From: Tubiluchus corallicola | Lineage: Eukaryota > Animalia > Priapulida | NCBI GenBank assembly: GCA_030141605.1 | Contig: JAQGDQ010000002.1 | Coordinates: forward strand, 2,418,001-2,482,000 | DNA: 64,000 bases | Direction: 5' to 3' | Part shown: piece after piece, positions 26,626 through 40,665 of the stretch | Layout: each line of letters begins with the position of its first letter | How positions within the stretch are numbered: the stretch's first letter is position 1 | Program-made: the position numbers and the translations under genes | Notes under the pieces: generated by a model | Database searches by the model: none | Told to the model about the DNA's origin: nothing | What the model saw: only the letters and a program-made list of their open reading frames with translations

Positions 26626-29600
26626 GTCTACCATACTGCCCTCTGATATTCTAATATTTTTTCGTCCGATGAAAGCTTTGATAATTAGCTAGGTAACTAG
26701 GTATAAATTGTGCTAAAACACATTGCGTACAATAAGAGGTGTAGCAGAGAAGCATTTTTAATTTATCACACGCAGCAAGCACTTCTGTTAAGCACTATAC
26801 ATAACAGACAAGCACATTCCCCTGCATGGTTACGTTATTGTGCATATCATATAACTATTTCTCTCAAATCCGCATTCATTCGTCACATAAACAATGGCAT
26901 GGATGAAGGATTTGTGATGGTATAATATCATTATCTACTCGAGCTGCATGTGTACAATTATAATTCCAATAAAGTTTAGCTGAGTAAGCAGACAGAATAT
27001 TCCGCAGACAGCTTACAATTTGAACCGAGAAACCATAAGCGGATAACACTCGACCACTTTATGTTTTGTTTTAAAATTTATCTATCGTTATTTTTCTCAG
27101 AAAGTAACAAAGTTATTCATCAAAAGGTGAGGAAAACGGTATTTATAATCTTCTTATTAAAAAGTGATACTCCATTATTCTTACCACGGCTTATATCGCA
27201 AATTGAGACGCGAAGTACGTTACGTCAGCGAATAGTCTATCAATAAATCGACCTTATCAAGAAATCATTAATATTGTGGGATTGTCCTGCAGAACAGTTG
27301 GTAATTTTCTTTTTACTACAGATTTTATGCGATCATTCCTGTCTGTAATTTCTCACACATCCAATAAATGTGCTGCTACAAAAATCATGGTTCCTTCATG
27401 CCGTCTCTGATGTGAGTGACTATATCAATATGTTTATTCTATACGCTGAATGAATCTGTTGGTAGGAACCTTTTTTAATGAAATTGCTGCAAGAAAGAAT
27501 CATATCAGTGAAGAGTCGAAAGAGCCTAATATATTATGCTTGCTTGGTAGGGTGTTGTATTGCAACTTGTCGTATTGCAACTTGTGTTTCGTTGCACAGG
27601 GCTTGGTCTCCTCGAGCCATTCTAGCCTTTCATGCACAAAAATATGCGTGGCTAAAAATTCAAAATATTTTGCATTTTAAAGTGCGTGCCTTGACCATGT
27701 CTGCACTACAAATTATAGTATGAAAACCAATCTTGCATCGTAAAAAGTAACCTGGGTGGATCCATTTGTGTTTAACAAAATTTAATAATGTAATTCATAG
27801 GATGTATATACCTTTTTATACGTCCTGCATGCCCGCGAGTGCAGAAATCCATACAAATTCGTCGTAACTCATTATAGCTCAAATTTTGGACTTGCACATT
27901 AAAATTTTTGCACTTACTGAAATCTTGTTATTTCAGACGTGTGAAGTCAGCTTTGCCAAATAGGCCCTGCGTTTAGAACAAAAACAAAATGTTTCTATTA
28001 TCTGTAAAACAATGCCGCACTTTTACTTGGCAAGTCAGGACCAGGAGCCTCCCATAGAAACCAAGTAGAATATATGTAATGGTCTATAAGAAACAGTATA
28101 CAGAAACAGAAAGCGTTTCATGTCCTTACCGTCTTAAAGCGATTATCGTGATATGGGTGTAAACTGTGTAATTAATTCGACTAGTGCATTTTTACTATAA
28201 ATGTGTCATATTTCAAATATTACTAAAACGTTATGAGCACACTGCGCTGCGCCTACTTTAAAGAAACTTTCAAGTTCATATAGTAATGTCGATAATAATA
28301 TGAATAATATATAATTTTAAGATTTTTTGCTGATTGACAATGCAGCTAAAAACTGCAGTGAATTGGCCTGCTTTCTACATATTTCGGCTTATTGTGCTTC
28401 TGGGTTTAATTAACTTCATAACAATGCTCTACAGCGTCAGGTCTTTTTCTTTGGCCGTAGCTACTGTCTTTTTTTACAAAGCCATTTAAAATTATTCGAA
28501 AAACAGCCGCAGGTTTTCATCTAAACAGCTGTCTCTGCTTTTGGTTCGCTTTCAGCCGCTCCAGCCATTCTTTCTCCTTCTTTGTTGTCGCCCGGATCAT
28601 CATCTTGTAATCTATGGTACAATTTCCATCGCAGTAATTCAATCTAACAAGGATTGCATGCAGTATCAAAGGGGCAGAAGTAACTGTGTCTATCAGATGG
28701 TATTAGAGACAAAATCAGAAAAAAACTTATATTAAATAGGCAAAGATTATGCTAGACCTGGGTGGTGCACTGGTGACTGAGGCAACCAGCGTTAAAAGAA
28801 CAAAAAGTAAAAAATAACTCAGGCAACTGGAGGCAGGTATGAAGCCATCGGTCATCCCAGGCGTTGAATCGCCCTAGCCAATAGTCAAAGCAAAACGCCG
28901 CATCTTTCTGTAGTAATCACGTGATCGACAATTTCATCTTTATTATGACCAATTTTCAGAACATGTAATATGTTTGATTTGGTTTAAACAGCCCGCATCT
29001 AGATGTGCAGGAGAATCATGGATTCTTGACTGCCGAAGAGCACATGTCTTGCTTTACATTTGATGGCATTTTTGTCGTAAAATTCAGCAAATTTGAATCT
29101 CTGGCTTGGGAGCAAGACGAAATACTTGGCTATTTGGAAAGTAAAAATAGGTTAGCAAATGAGTCAATGAGCGGTTTTTCAGCCTACTCAAATGAATACT
29201 ATTCATTGTCTTTTGAAATGTGATACAAACATATTAAGCATACAAAATATGTTTGCTGTACAGAGCCATCCTGGCACATGTCATGTACTACTTAACAAGG
29301 ACGTTTGGGTTAATAATTTCATACTCTTACATAAAAATTCACTGAATTAATAAAAATTATTTGCTGGAATACAGGCTTGAGCCCATGTTATTTTGTTGCA
29401 AATAAAACTAAAACTAAGTTGACTACAAATTTAATTCTTGTTTAAAAATCTCGATTGTCTGGAAACTCAAATAGATTCATAATTAATCAATAACTTGTAA
29501 TACGGTGTTAGTTAATGAAAGACAGAAAGAGTTAAGGCAAAAATTGTCGATTTATGTTAAAATCACCATCAGCTAGAGAATGAGAAATAAATGGAGTTCA

Positions 29601-31391
29601 AAAGAAAAGTGGGCGATACGTTCTGTAATAAACAACAGCAAGAAATAAATTATGGCATAAAACACTTTTTAAAATAAACACGAGATGCAAATTTTAAGAT
29701 ATATGTAGATTTCTGAGGGTCTCATTCATGTGTTCAATGACAGGCTAATGTTTTTGATTGCCAGAGCCTCCCTGAATAATAAAATTCTTACTTGTTTTTA
29801 TCAGTGATCCTCTTGGTAGCACATTTGTACGGTTAACTCTGTGATTAGGTGAGTGTTGTAAATTAAATAGCAGATAAGTTTGCACTTTGCAGGTTCAATT
29901 CTTCTAGCTATAGCTTTGCTGGTACTTGTAACTAAATAGGTGCAAGGGAGTTGAAGTTAGGAAGTTTGCTTTTCGACGCTGCAGTTAAATCGAAATTGCA
30001 CTATGGCTTCGCGACCTCCTGTGTAAGCTTCAGGGGCATGCGTCTCTATCTGTTTGCTTCTGCCCTGAACCCAAACAGCCTTGTACTGCGCGTGAACACA
30101 TATTCTGTGTTGAGTAATCATAGGAATCCGCCTTGTCAAACATGCGACAGTGACAAGCGAGACTAAAAGCTTATTTACCAAGTCAAAACGGAAAAGCCTT
30201 TGGCATGCGGAAACCCGATGGGTAAGGAGGAAAGAGGGAACATGCTGCATGTCTTCAAGCAAATGAAAACCTTCATATTCATAGAGTTCAGTGTAAACCT
30301 TGGCGTTTAATCGGGGTGAGGGCCTCAGTGACAGGACCGCTTTCCAAGTCAAGCGATACTGGTTCCAGTTAGTTATGTGTGATAATTGTTTAAGAAGTGC
30401 AAACGAGTTAGAGGAATTTAACTTAAGCAAGCCTTTAGTAATCCAAACTTTAGTAATCGAGACTTAAGTTTCAAAAAATCGAAACTTAAGACTTGGATAT
30501 TTGAAATAATTACACAGTATCAAGAAAATTGAATTTAAGCCTATTTGGACAGGCGATCATACGCTTTTATTTTTAAGCGAATTCGTACATTTTCTGCAAA
30601 AAATGCTGTACACATGTCTGTATCATTTTTCTGAAGGTGCATCCAGTTCTAGGGGGAGTCATCAATATTATTCTTACAAGGATGCAAGCCTGCAAGTGAC
30701 GATGCAATTATGAGATAGCAAGGACAAAACATGGTTTATTTCTCTGTGGGTACATTTTCTAACCTATCAATATTTTAAGACGAGGCAGACAGAGACAACA
30801 GAATGTGTGATACATTCGAAATTGCTTACAACTGGTCTTTAAGAAGCGCCTTTAAACAATAACCTGCGGTTGTGTTAAAATTGTCAGTTCGATAGCACAT
30901 TTCAAAGATCCTGGTTTTGATCAATATTAACTATAACAGCCATTAGGCGACGAATAAATTATTGAATTTCTTCTCTGAAGCCGAGAAGCTATTGAATCCC
31001 TGGGCAGGCGCAAACTTCCCCCATACCGATAGTTAGTCCGGACTCGCCGCTGTCTACAATCCGGAAGCACTTGAGTTTGGGCGGTGAATTCATCTGATTG
31101 TAATCACATGTTATTGGTAAATGCATTATACGGGACAACCCACTTTCAGTAAAAATGGTAAATTAGCAAGATATACAGCATTTGCCGCCAGCAATAACGT
31201 TAGCTAGAAAGTATTTATTTAGTTTTAAAGATGTATAACAGAAGCCAGAATGAAAGAAAACATGTTTTACAGCTATCCCTGTAACGAATATTCCACTTAC
31301 CAAGGTTTTGTTGATTTTCTTAACTGTAATTTGTAATAGTTGAGATTTATTTTAATGAATTATTGATTATTTATCCGATGAAGCAATGCTG

Positions 31392-31637
31392 TAAAGTGGT
31401 GTTTACCTAGCATCCGGAAAATGTGGTATCCACCTTGCGGAATAGCTGCAGAAAAAGATAACGCAACTCAGCTCTGATAAATGGGTTGAAAACAATATAA
31501 TCTGATTTTATCTATTCCGCATCCCCCAAAACGCATGCGCATCCGAATGCTACGTAAACGCCACGTAAGCCGAGTTTACCTATTCCGTAGCGACATAGAG
31601 CATACGCATTCCGGATGCCATGTAAACGCCACTTAAA
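31392..31637. mobile_element. Tandem MITE(s) with AGTGGCGTTTAC...GCATCCGG terminal inverted repeats (PIF/Harbinger-like, TAA/TTA flanks)
   Basis: Left end taaagtggtgtttacctagcatccgg; right ends catccgaatgctacgtaaacgccacgtaa and ccggatgccatgtaaacgccacttaa. Confidence 0.7.
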
Positions 31638-34600
31638 AGCTGTAAAAACAAGGAAAATACTGGATTAATAGTAAGATTTCTAGATGAAAACGAATTTATT
31701 CGTAAAGTGATCGAGTGTTGTACTTGTGTTAAAACGCAGCTCATATAACGCGGAATTTAAAGTACTAACCTTCGGCCAACAAACGAAAATCAATTGGGTT
31801 TATAATTAACACACAGTCTGTATATTATAATAATTGCAATGCTCGGTGCCTCTATCATTTATGTGAATCGTTCAGCAAAGTCAAGAAAAATTCTTTCCTT
31901 CGCAGTTAGATAGAGTAAAGCGAAATTTGATTCGCTAATTACTTCGCACAAACTGCCATAATCACTGGTACGTTTTGCGCGCCGGCAGGTGGAGAAAATC
32001 ATCTGAAGAAATTATAGGTCTTCAAGTGCAGGTGACAATGAATCAGTGGAAAAAATCACAGGTGGGTGGGTCTACTAGTACCTTGTTTTATTTGGGCTCT
32101 CAGTTACTCTTTCGTTGAATTCTTGCTATTGGGGGAAATTAATAGGTACAATTACAGTATGAATTTAACCCCGCGTACTTGATCAAGAATAATTTGACTC
32201 AAGTAAAACTATCACAAGCAGCCGGTCAGCTGAATGTCTAGTCTAGCTGACAGGGGATTTCTATATCGCTGTTGACAAACGAAAAAACGTGGATCCGATT
32301 GACTTAGATCAACTTTTACAAAAATATTTGAGCGAATTAACTTTCCTGAAACATTTCGTAGTTGATCTGCTGGATAACAGTTATAATGGCGACCAAAATT
32401 TGGCGAAAATACTCCAGTAATAACTCTGAGACCATTAGTGTGCTGTTACGGTTATTGTTGTCATCAATGTTGTGCTCATAGCTCATGCGAGCATTTTAAT
32501 TTGCTTTTTGCCGTTTCTTATGAGGGAAGCGATGAGATGAAGAGAGGGGACGGGTAAGGAGGCAGGGGTATAACAGTGAAAAGATCCTGAGGAAAGAAGA
32601 CATCAAGAGGAACAGAGGGAGGGTAAGATAGAAGAAGAGAGGAAAGAGAATGAAAAAAAAGAAGATGACGCAAAATGAGGAACAGAGTGGTTTGGAGAAG
32701 AGGAGAGGAGAAAAAAAGAAAATAGAAACACAAATAGGTTGAAGACTGTGTCAGGAACCGATCAGAAATCATTCTTGTCGCCGTGTTTGGTTAAGAAATG
32801 TTAAAGACCATAATGGCTGTTACAGCATAAGATTTGAACAACACGTGAATCACAAATAGATAAAAATAAAGTGATAGTCAACATTGCATGCATCTGATTG
32901 ACAATCGCTATCAATTAATAAAGGTTTGCAATTCATTTGATTATTTTTATTGCCGCAGTGAGCTGGCAGGCTTTTTCTGTTTAGTTAATTAGTGTAACAG
33001 AAAGAAAATAGCTATGACATGTTACAAATCACTTTCCTGCATAATGCATAAGCTTTGGGATTTTTTTTTATTGTATTGTAATATGAATGTAACACTGAGA
33101 TATTCTGTATGAAGTAAATGCTCAGTCATCGAGGTAAGTGTACTGATTGCCCGATACATTAATTGTTCGGATCATCGGCATTACAGTACACAAACTACAC
33201 AAAGTAGATGTACCGCAGCAAGTTGCAATGGGTGGAAGTTACATCACTGCCAGTTGCCTAATCGATACTGACCTTTTTGTTCCTTGTACGCATTTTGTTT
33301 CATTTTAATGAAACATCAGTACTTGTACCTCTTTCATTCCTTCTACTTGAGCCTGTATCCCGTGGTCCTTTTTTAGCAGAATTCGCCCTGAAGAATCACT
33401 ACTGAAGCACGAAGCCAGTCGGTTTCCTTGCGTAGCGCCAATAGGTAACTAACAAGATTATACAGAGAAGCAAAAAAAAACGACCAAGAACATGAACACT
33501 TGGGAGAGTAAACAAACTCTTGGTGTGTTTACTTTGTGATCTTGAAACGGATTTATCTTTGTACAATAATTTTTTACTCGTTTCCGCATTGAATGAAGCG
33601 TTGAACCTATTCTGCATTGGGACGATCCCTGCACTTATAAATTTCAGATCATCTTCTTCGGCTGAGTATTCGCTTTATTATCGATGTTGTTATCCACAGT
33701 TCGATGTTGAGGAAAAACCTGAGGTTAAACTCATTCTAATTTTGCACTGCTTTACCCCGTAGGTCAAGAGTTTTTGCTGCTGGAAATATCTTTTGAGTCT
33801 AGAGAAAATCCCTGAAGTCACTGGTTTCTTAGCCTCTGAGTGGCATGTGAAATTTTGTTTAATTGTCATTTACTATTAGATTTATTTCTTTACTTTTGAA
33901 GCGCTTAATTTTGAAACACAAATAACAATCTCTTCTGTTTTGCAAAACGAAATGGGGTTGAAGAGGAAAGGTGGGAGAGGGAAAGTTGTAGCAAGTGGTA
34001 AACTGTAAAAAAACTGGGAAATCACACATACTCAAATTATAAATTACTTCAGGGGATAGATTTTAATGAGGTTGTTGTGTCAAGGATTAACTTTTTAAAA
34101 AAAATTTGCAGTGATAGTTTTATGCACTATTTGGTTAAGACTGATGTGGGCAACAGAAAGGATCGAGTTGAATCGGCTAATATTCAACATGTACAATATG
34201 ATTTTCCATTTTTAATGTCTGTTCATAAATAGAGACTTGTTATTAATTTTCTTCAATAAATACCTGAGGTTAGTGAATAATAATCTTAAGCTAATATCAA
34301 GATAACTGTCAATTGTCTATTATTTAATTGTTAGAATTTGATAACTTGAAAGACGCTCAAGTAGTGTACATAAAATAATAAGGTGGACACTTTAGATACC
34401 AGAGATAATACTGTAATAACCTTGGTTAGAAGTCAAAGGCCAAAAAGATGGCAAACTAAAAATGGCCGATTAAAGCACAGCAAAATCCAGTTAACGCTTA
34501 ATTCGAGACAGCGAAGACGTTGGTCTTCACTTGTGCTTTCCATGTATTGTCCCTGCAAGTTGTACGGGTTGGCGCAGAAAAAACACTAGTTTTTAATTGG

Positions 34601-36600
34601 TTTAGTGTACATATTGTTCAAGGCTAGGTAGACTAACAGGTAAATATTCTTGCAATTAGGATGTACATTCAAATATTTCATTAGTGAAGTACTTATCTTA
34701 GTAGCAGACTTATTTTCCCAATTGTCATTACAATGTTCAGTGAAAACGTCTCGTGAGTCAACAAGCAAAATAACAATAATGAAAGCTCTCAAGAATCTCC
34801 GATTGCTCAAGGACTCAAAGAATTAGCGTAACGCTTACTTTGTGCGATTTGGCACGTGTGTAGTTGAAAGTCAACTTGAAATTTGTCAAACATATTTGAA
34901 ATAGTAGACGGCGTTTCCACCTTATTAAAAATTTTATTCACCATCGTAAAGGAAATCAAGTGTTGCATGCTTGTTTCTGGTAAACGGTAACAGAGTAGAT
35001 GTTGTTTTGCTGAAGGTACTATAGTGTTGTATTAATGGTCCACGATGTAGTGGGGTATGCAGTAGTGAGACGGAAAATGGCATTAATTAATCTATAACTA
35101 ATCTATAACTGGGGCCCTTTTTAATGCAGTTCGGCACTTTGCGTGCCGTAACACAACACTAAATGGCACGAACTGCTCAGGGTAGATGGATTTGGGGAGG
35201 TCACAGTTTATCTCGTTATCAAGGATAATCTGCTGAGATGAAACAGTGAACATCCTCTTCAACGGGCTCTTAGCAAAAACTCCTAAAAACGATGAGGTGT
35301 AATGTGATGGGTTTCAGAGCTCATATTTAACATACCCTTAATGCACTCCGTTTAACAATATCGTTCATCCATCGACTCACGACCTGCTGCTTTGTAGCTT
35401 TCTGGGTAAAGAAGAAAGTGCTGGAAGCTGCTTTATTCTCTGCTATTTTGTATACATGTAGTTCAGAAGGATCCCATGTAGTCCTCATGCAGCACATTTA
35501 AGCATAGTTAATAGTTGTTTAAATATTGTTAGGGGTTCGCCTTCAGACTAGTGAAGTTAGAAGGGATTCCCTTCCGGGGTTGCATTTAAAAAATTAAGCT
35601 GGAAACGTTCTTGTTAAAAATACTCCCAAAGAGAAGAGACATGAGAAATGAAAATCTGGCCAGTGTGCAACACGGAACAAACTCCAGGTGCTGGATATTT
35701 AAATGCAGTCCTAGCTGCTGATCACATTGGACTAGGCATCGTTAAACGCAAAGAATTAGTCACAACGCAGGCCTACAAAATTCAGAACCCATTCTTCAAT
35801 TTGAATCCGACCATCACAATACACAAGATGTGCACTCTCTTGGTCGAAACGCTAAACGAATATCAATGGCTACGTCGAGATTACGTCTTTCCTGTCACAG
35901 GCTGGTAATAGAAACTGGCCTCTGATCAAGAACCACAAAAGATCAAAGTTGTGTTAATAGAAAATACTACTACTATTAAAAGATAATTCTTCTCTAAGTT
36001 GTGACTTCAGAACATTGCCTTAGTTAGCGTTATCAGAAAAAATTTAGATACGAAAGACTTTTAAGATAAGACAAAGATCGTTTAGATAAAGAAATATGGA
36101 ACAGTGAAGAAACCTGGTCATTAAAGTAAGAATATTGTGTTGAATCATGACAGCAAGTTGTTCAATGTTCACCTAGCCTCAGTAGATTCACACTTTTCTT
36201 GTTGTAATATAGATAATAATGATTACGTAGTATCTATGTATGTAACTGTTAATCGATGGTTACCCACACTTATTATTGTGCTGTACAAGTTGAAACGAAC
36301 GTTTACTACTGAATTTACCAATTTTTCAAAAAAAGAGAAGATAAACGATCAGGAAACCTACAGAAAAATCAATATGATTCGAACAGAAAACAAACCTGGC
36401 AAAGAGTGCCTATGCAAATTTAATTATTGTGTATTGTGTAAATACAGGAATGTTTCTTAATGAACGAATACATTGAGGCAGAATCAAGTGTAAACTTTAA
36501 TCCCTAATGCATCATTTTACGAGTTAAATAAAAAATGCAAAAAAACAGAAAAGTCTAAGCAAGCAGGTGAGCAATGAAGTGAATGCCGGTGTTATTTCAT

Positions 36601-36887
36601 TTAAAGGGGAACAGGACGTAATTTAAGACAATACCTCAAAATAATCTAACGTATAAAATATTGAAAGAGAACGTAATTGTTTTTAATAGTGACTTACGTG
36701 AAACATTATAACCAAGAGTTATAATTGGAAGTTTAACTTTGCACTCCCGCCATGTTGCATGTATTTCACCATTCGCTAGTTAGATGGACACAACGCCTGT
36801 GTCTCGGAAACGCGTTGCACAAAAACGGGCGCTGTACCGTATACTTTTTATTGTGCTTCAAATCAGGGCAGCATGTGCTTCCTTTAA
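36601..36887. mobile_element. Putative TTAA-flanked non-autonomous DNA element (Kolobok-like termini)
   Basis: Begins ttaaaggggaac and ends gcttcctttaa. The internal cctgtgtctcggaaacgcgttgcacaaaaac resembles 51042-51074. Confidence 0.45.
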
Positions 36888-38579
36888 AATAAGCCAGGAA
36901 ACTCTGGGAAAATTGTGCGGGCAATTGAGTGCTAGTGTTCTGTTTTATTACCGCTAACCATTACATTTTTTTATTCCTGACATATTTATTCACTATTTTC
37001 TCTTTTTCCTTAAATAATACAAGCTAATGGACGTGCACGTCACATAACACCTTTGAATTTGTCGATCAGTAACCGGATTTTCATGTCATTGTACATAGAG
37101 GTTTCTAAATACTATTTTCCTACGGTTTAAATTTAACTCAGTACAGACCAACTGTTTTCAGTGCATTTGACTGCAAGCAGGTTATGTAGTTAAATTAGAA
37201 ACAAAGGAATTGATAGCCGCAGCCGTGTATAACCGAATTTCGCTTAATAATGAGCTTTAACTTTTTCTAATTTCTGCATTGTGTAAATTGTGAACATTTA
37301 GCAGGGTGCGCTATAACTGCTGTTTGTGTATATTCGAAATAAAAGTAATTTTACAAAGAATTTTGTGTAATTTTGAGCAAAATTATTGAGCTACCAGGTG
37401 ATTTAAGGTAACTCATTTGAACTACCAAACGCACAGGTCTAACTACTTGTTTTGAACATGGTTGAATGTGCTGTTTGTTATTGAACATTTTCCAGCTTCA
37501 TGGACAATTCCTCTCTAAAATGAATGTTCCTAAGGTACAAAATTGGGAAAATTGAAACTTGTGCAAAATGCGCACCACTTTCAAAACCGAAATACAATCG
37601 AAATTCATTACTCAACTAGCTAAATACATGAGATCAGCACAAACAAAATTATTGGAAGCTTATTAATTCCTTAAGAAGTCATGACAAGACCATATCCGCG
37701 ATCGTGTTGTGAAAATATGGGGAAAGTCTCCATGCACGACGAGTGTCACCATCAGTCAAAGAATATAAGAGAAAATGCGAAAGTGCTATGAAACATGACA
37801 ACACTAAAATGTATATATTTTAAGCGTCATACAATGGCAATTGTTATATTTACCTGCTATTTGAGGGCCTCCTTGAGACAAGCAATGAATTTGCACCAGC
37901 GTTAAAGAGTTCTATGATGAATGGCTCTAGTGGCTGAAATTATTTACATTAGCAAAGCCATGATACCTATATTAATTCTACTGACTACTATATGGCGTAT
38001 CCAGGCTGACCACGACAAAAGAGCAATGTTCCTACTCGAAGGAACGCAGAACTAGCAAGCTTTGCAGCAAGGGGTTATTTTGCGAGCACAGGGCAGTTAT
38101 GTTCTCACAGTAATTGCTACTTAAAACACCTGTTTTTATAAGTCTGATGTGCTGGTGTTGCTTTGTGTTTCATCAATAACAGACGTTTTCTTTCAGCTAT
38201 ATGTCTTGGGTCCTCGTGTCTTCTTGCGATTCAGGAAATAATAAACTGTTTACAGGGTCAATAAATTACACGGCCAATCTTCTTCTTGTTTACTTTATTG
38301 ACCAATTGAAGCCAGACGCGAGCTGTAATCACTTTCGCTGCAATTAAAGTTGTTACAAAGATAACAACTTCAATATCAAAAGAAATTACACTATCATTGG
38401 CACACTAATATTACACATTCCTACGAAATTTGTTAATGTCTACACAATACAGGTAAAGTGGAAAGAAATGTATTAAAGCAAAATTGTTAAACATGAAATA
38501 TGAAACTGAAAAATTTCTTGAAGTCAATAGGTTGCTTAGATTTTTCGAAGGAAATTCGTATGATGACAGTAAGATATCA

Positions 38580-39080
38580 GATAAGATAAGACACTAGATA
38601 ATAAATTGAAATCACACTTGTTTAGTTAACCTATAGGGTACTTCAATCGTTTCCGTTGTAATATGAAAAGTAAGAACTAATCTCGCACCATTTAGCAAAA
38701 AAGTAATGGATTACGTTTAAGTGCCATTTTTACCTACATTCGTATAATACATAGAAAACACAGAAAACGCTACCAGCTTTCCGAAACACAGTGCAAACGC
38801 AGTAAAATAATTCTATCAAACAAACTTAATGTTCATCAATTTATTATTTAATATTATCGCCCAAACGCTCAACTATTGTTTTTGCGCTGGAGATAAGCAC
38901 TTCTTTTTTTACCTAAATGGTACATAATCAGTTCTTAACTTGAACGTAATCCATTACTTTCTTGCTAAATCGTGCGAGGTTAGTTCTTACGTTTCGTATT
39001 ACAATTGAAACGATTCAAGTACCCTATTAGGCTAACTAAAAAGTGTGATTTCAATTTATTATCGAGTGTCTTATCGTATC
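38580..39080. mobile_element. Foldback/MITE with ~140-bp imperfect inverted repeats
   Basis: 38580-38722 is the reverse complement of 38938-39080, e.g. gataataaattgaaatcacactt vs aagtgtgatttcaatttattatc, and aagtaatggattacgtt vs aacgtaatccattactt. Confidence 0.9.
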
Positions 39081-39264
39081 CTTATTCATTTCGACGAACA
39101 CTGTAATTAGATAATAGCTAATTAGCAAACGGTACATTTTTCTCTAACAATGAGTAATATGCTAACGTAGCAATTGAATCTGTTACCTACTGTATATTAC
39201 ATGTTGCATTATAATTATTTTAATTTTTTTGTTATTATTGAAATTATCTGTGTCAAGCAATACA

Positions 39265-39394
39265 TGTGCCATCTTTACCTGTGCATTTTACCTACTTTTT
39301 AATTTGTGCCATTTTTCCTGTGCCATCATTACCTGTGCATTTTACCTACTTTTTCATTTGTGCCATTTTTCCTGTGCCATTTTTACCGCGCACC
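39265..39394 (+). repeat. ~54-bp tandem repeat built from TGTGCCATTTTT(A/T)CC subunits
   Basis: Direct reading; a related subunit also occurs at ~38721. Confidence 0.85.
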
Positions 39395-40504
39395 GCATTA
39401 TACAGTTCCATGTATTTTTGAACTTATGATTATTCATTTACCCTGCATATTTTGTGTTATATGTGTGGTGATCGAACTGCCTATCATAGTGAATTTTTTA
39501 TGAAACTCGTGCATTATCGCTGGTTATTATAAGCCGTCGACATCCGTGACGTAACGCATCAGTTTCATTAATACTTAACAATTGCCAATGATATACGATG
39601 TCTATAAAAACATAAAGTTTTACGGTGCGGCAAATTTCATTACCATTTCTTTTATATCGCGTGGCTTCGCGCGATTAATGGCTAACTAATAACTCTTTAG
39701 CAAGCGTTTTGCCGGAGTTTTAGCTGCTGTCGTAAAGCCAGTGTTGTCCGCCTGCATTTACTGGACAATTGGATAAATGCCAACACGCAATAGACTGAAA
39801 CCTTCCAAAACGAAAAATTAACAGAAAAAACGCACCGCCAAAATCTACTTTTACGCTATCGCGCGAGTTCCACTTTTGAGCTGTCGACATTAAATGTAAT
39901 CTCTTGATTATTTGTTTTTTAAATTTTACGCTGAATTTACTGAATTTCGCTGTAACCGTCACCTTTTATATAACATGTTTAGAACTGTCAAGGACAATGC
40001 AGTCATGTACCAGCGTGCGGTTTAATAATGATCATTCGTTTCGAGATGTTTTGCAGGGTACAACATAGACCAAGTCATTTTTGACCTTCTCCTTTGGCAT
40101 TTCAGCCGAGGGTGTAGTCAGGTTCTGTGTTAGAATGACCCGTTCATGCGGTTACTGAGTTACACTAGAAGTTCATGAAGCAGTCGTATGTTTGCTTATG
40201 GCACAGCAGACATTATCAGCATGTGACAAGAATATGTTATAATAATTTGATTCGTGGCAATGATCCTTGGTTCAATCAGTCAACCTTGTCAAATGAGTTG
40301 GTAAATGCATGCTCATTTCAAAAACACGGGAAGCAATTTGGTCGAATAATGTATTGATTGCAGAAAATTCTTCCAAGGCCATGCGATAAAAAAGCAACTA
40401 AAAACAAAATTCGACTTTTATTACACTAATGAACTAAAGAGTTAAAAAATTGTGAAGAGGCTCCAATTTTGAAAAATGTGCTCTGGAGGGCGGTTGCTCC
40501 CCTA

Positions 40505-40590
40505 TTAAGTGGCGTTTACCTGGCATCCGGGATGCGTATGCGTTATAGGGATGCGGAATAGGGAGGATCGGTTTATATTGTTTTCAATTG
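40505..40590 (-). mobile_element. Partial inverted copy of the 31392-31637 MITE family
   Basis: ttaagtggcgtttacctggcatccgggatgcgtatgcg...atattgttttcaa matches the reverse complement of ~31486-31568. Confidence 0.8.
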
Positions 40591-40665
40591 TCCAGTTAGA
40601 CCTGCATGAAAACGATAAGAAAATAAGATATTACCGCACCTGATTTGTTTCTCGGGAAACTGGGT

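Noticed and set aside
28860-28960. Minus-strand KDAAFCFDYW resembling the hAT TTF zinc-finger motif
   Set aside because: Only a short match; the second Cys is missing and the flanks do not extend the alignment.
29951-30430. 157-aa minus-strand ORF and slightly GC-richer island (possible promoter)
   Set aside because: Non-ATG start, no recognisable domain and no identifiable core promoter; it cannot be supported by eye.
32518-32772. Hydrophobic 84-aa minus-strand ORF
   Set aside because: It is the translation of a purine-rich low-complexity tract.
35648-36125. 86-aa ATG ORF with coding-like downstream sequence
   Set aside because: No recognisable family motif, and the continuation contains several stops.
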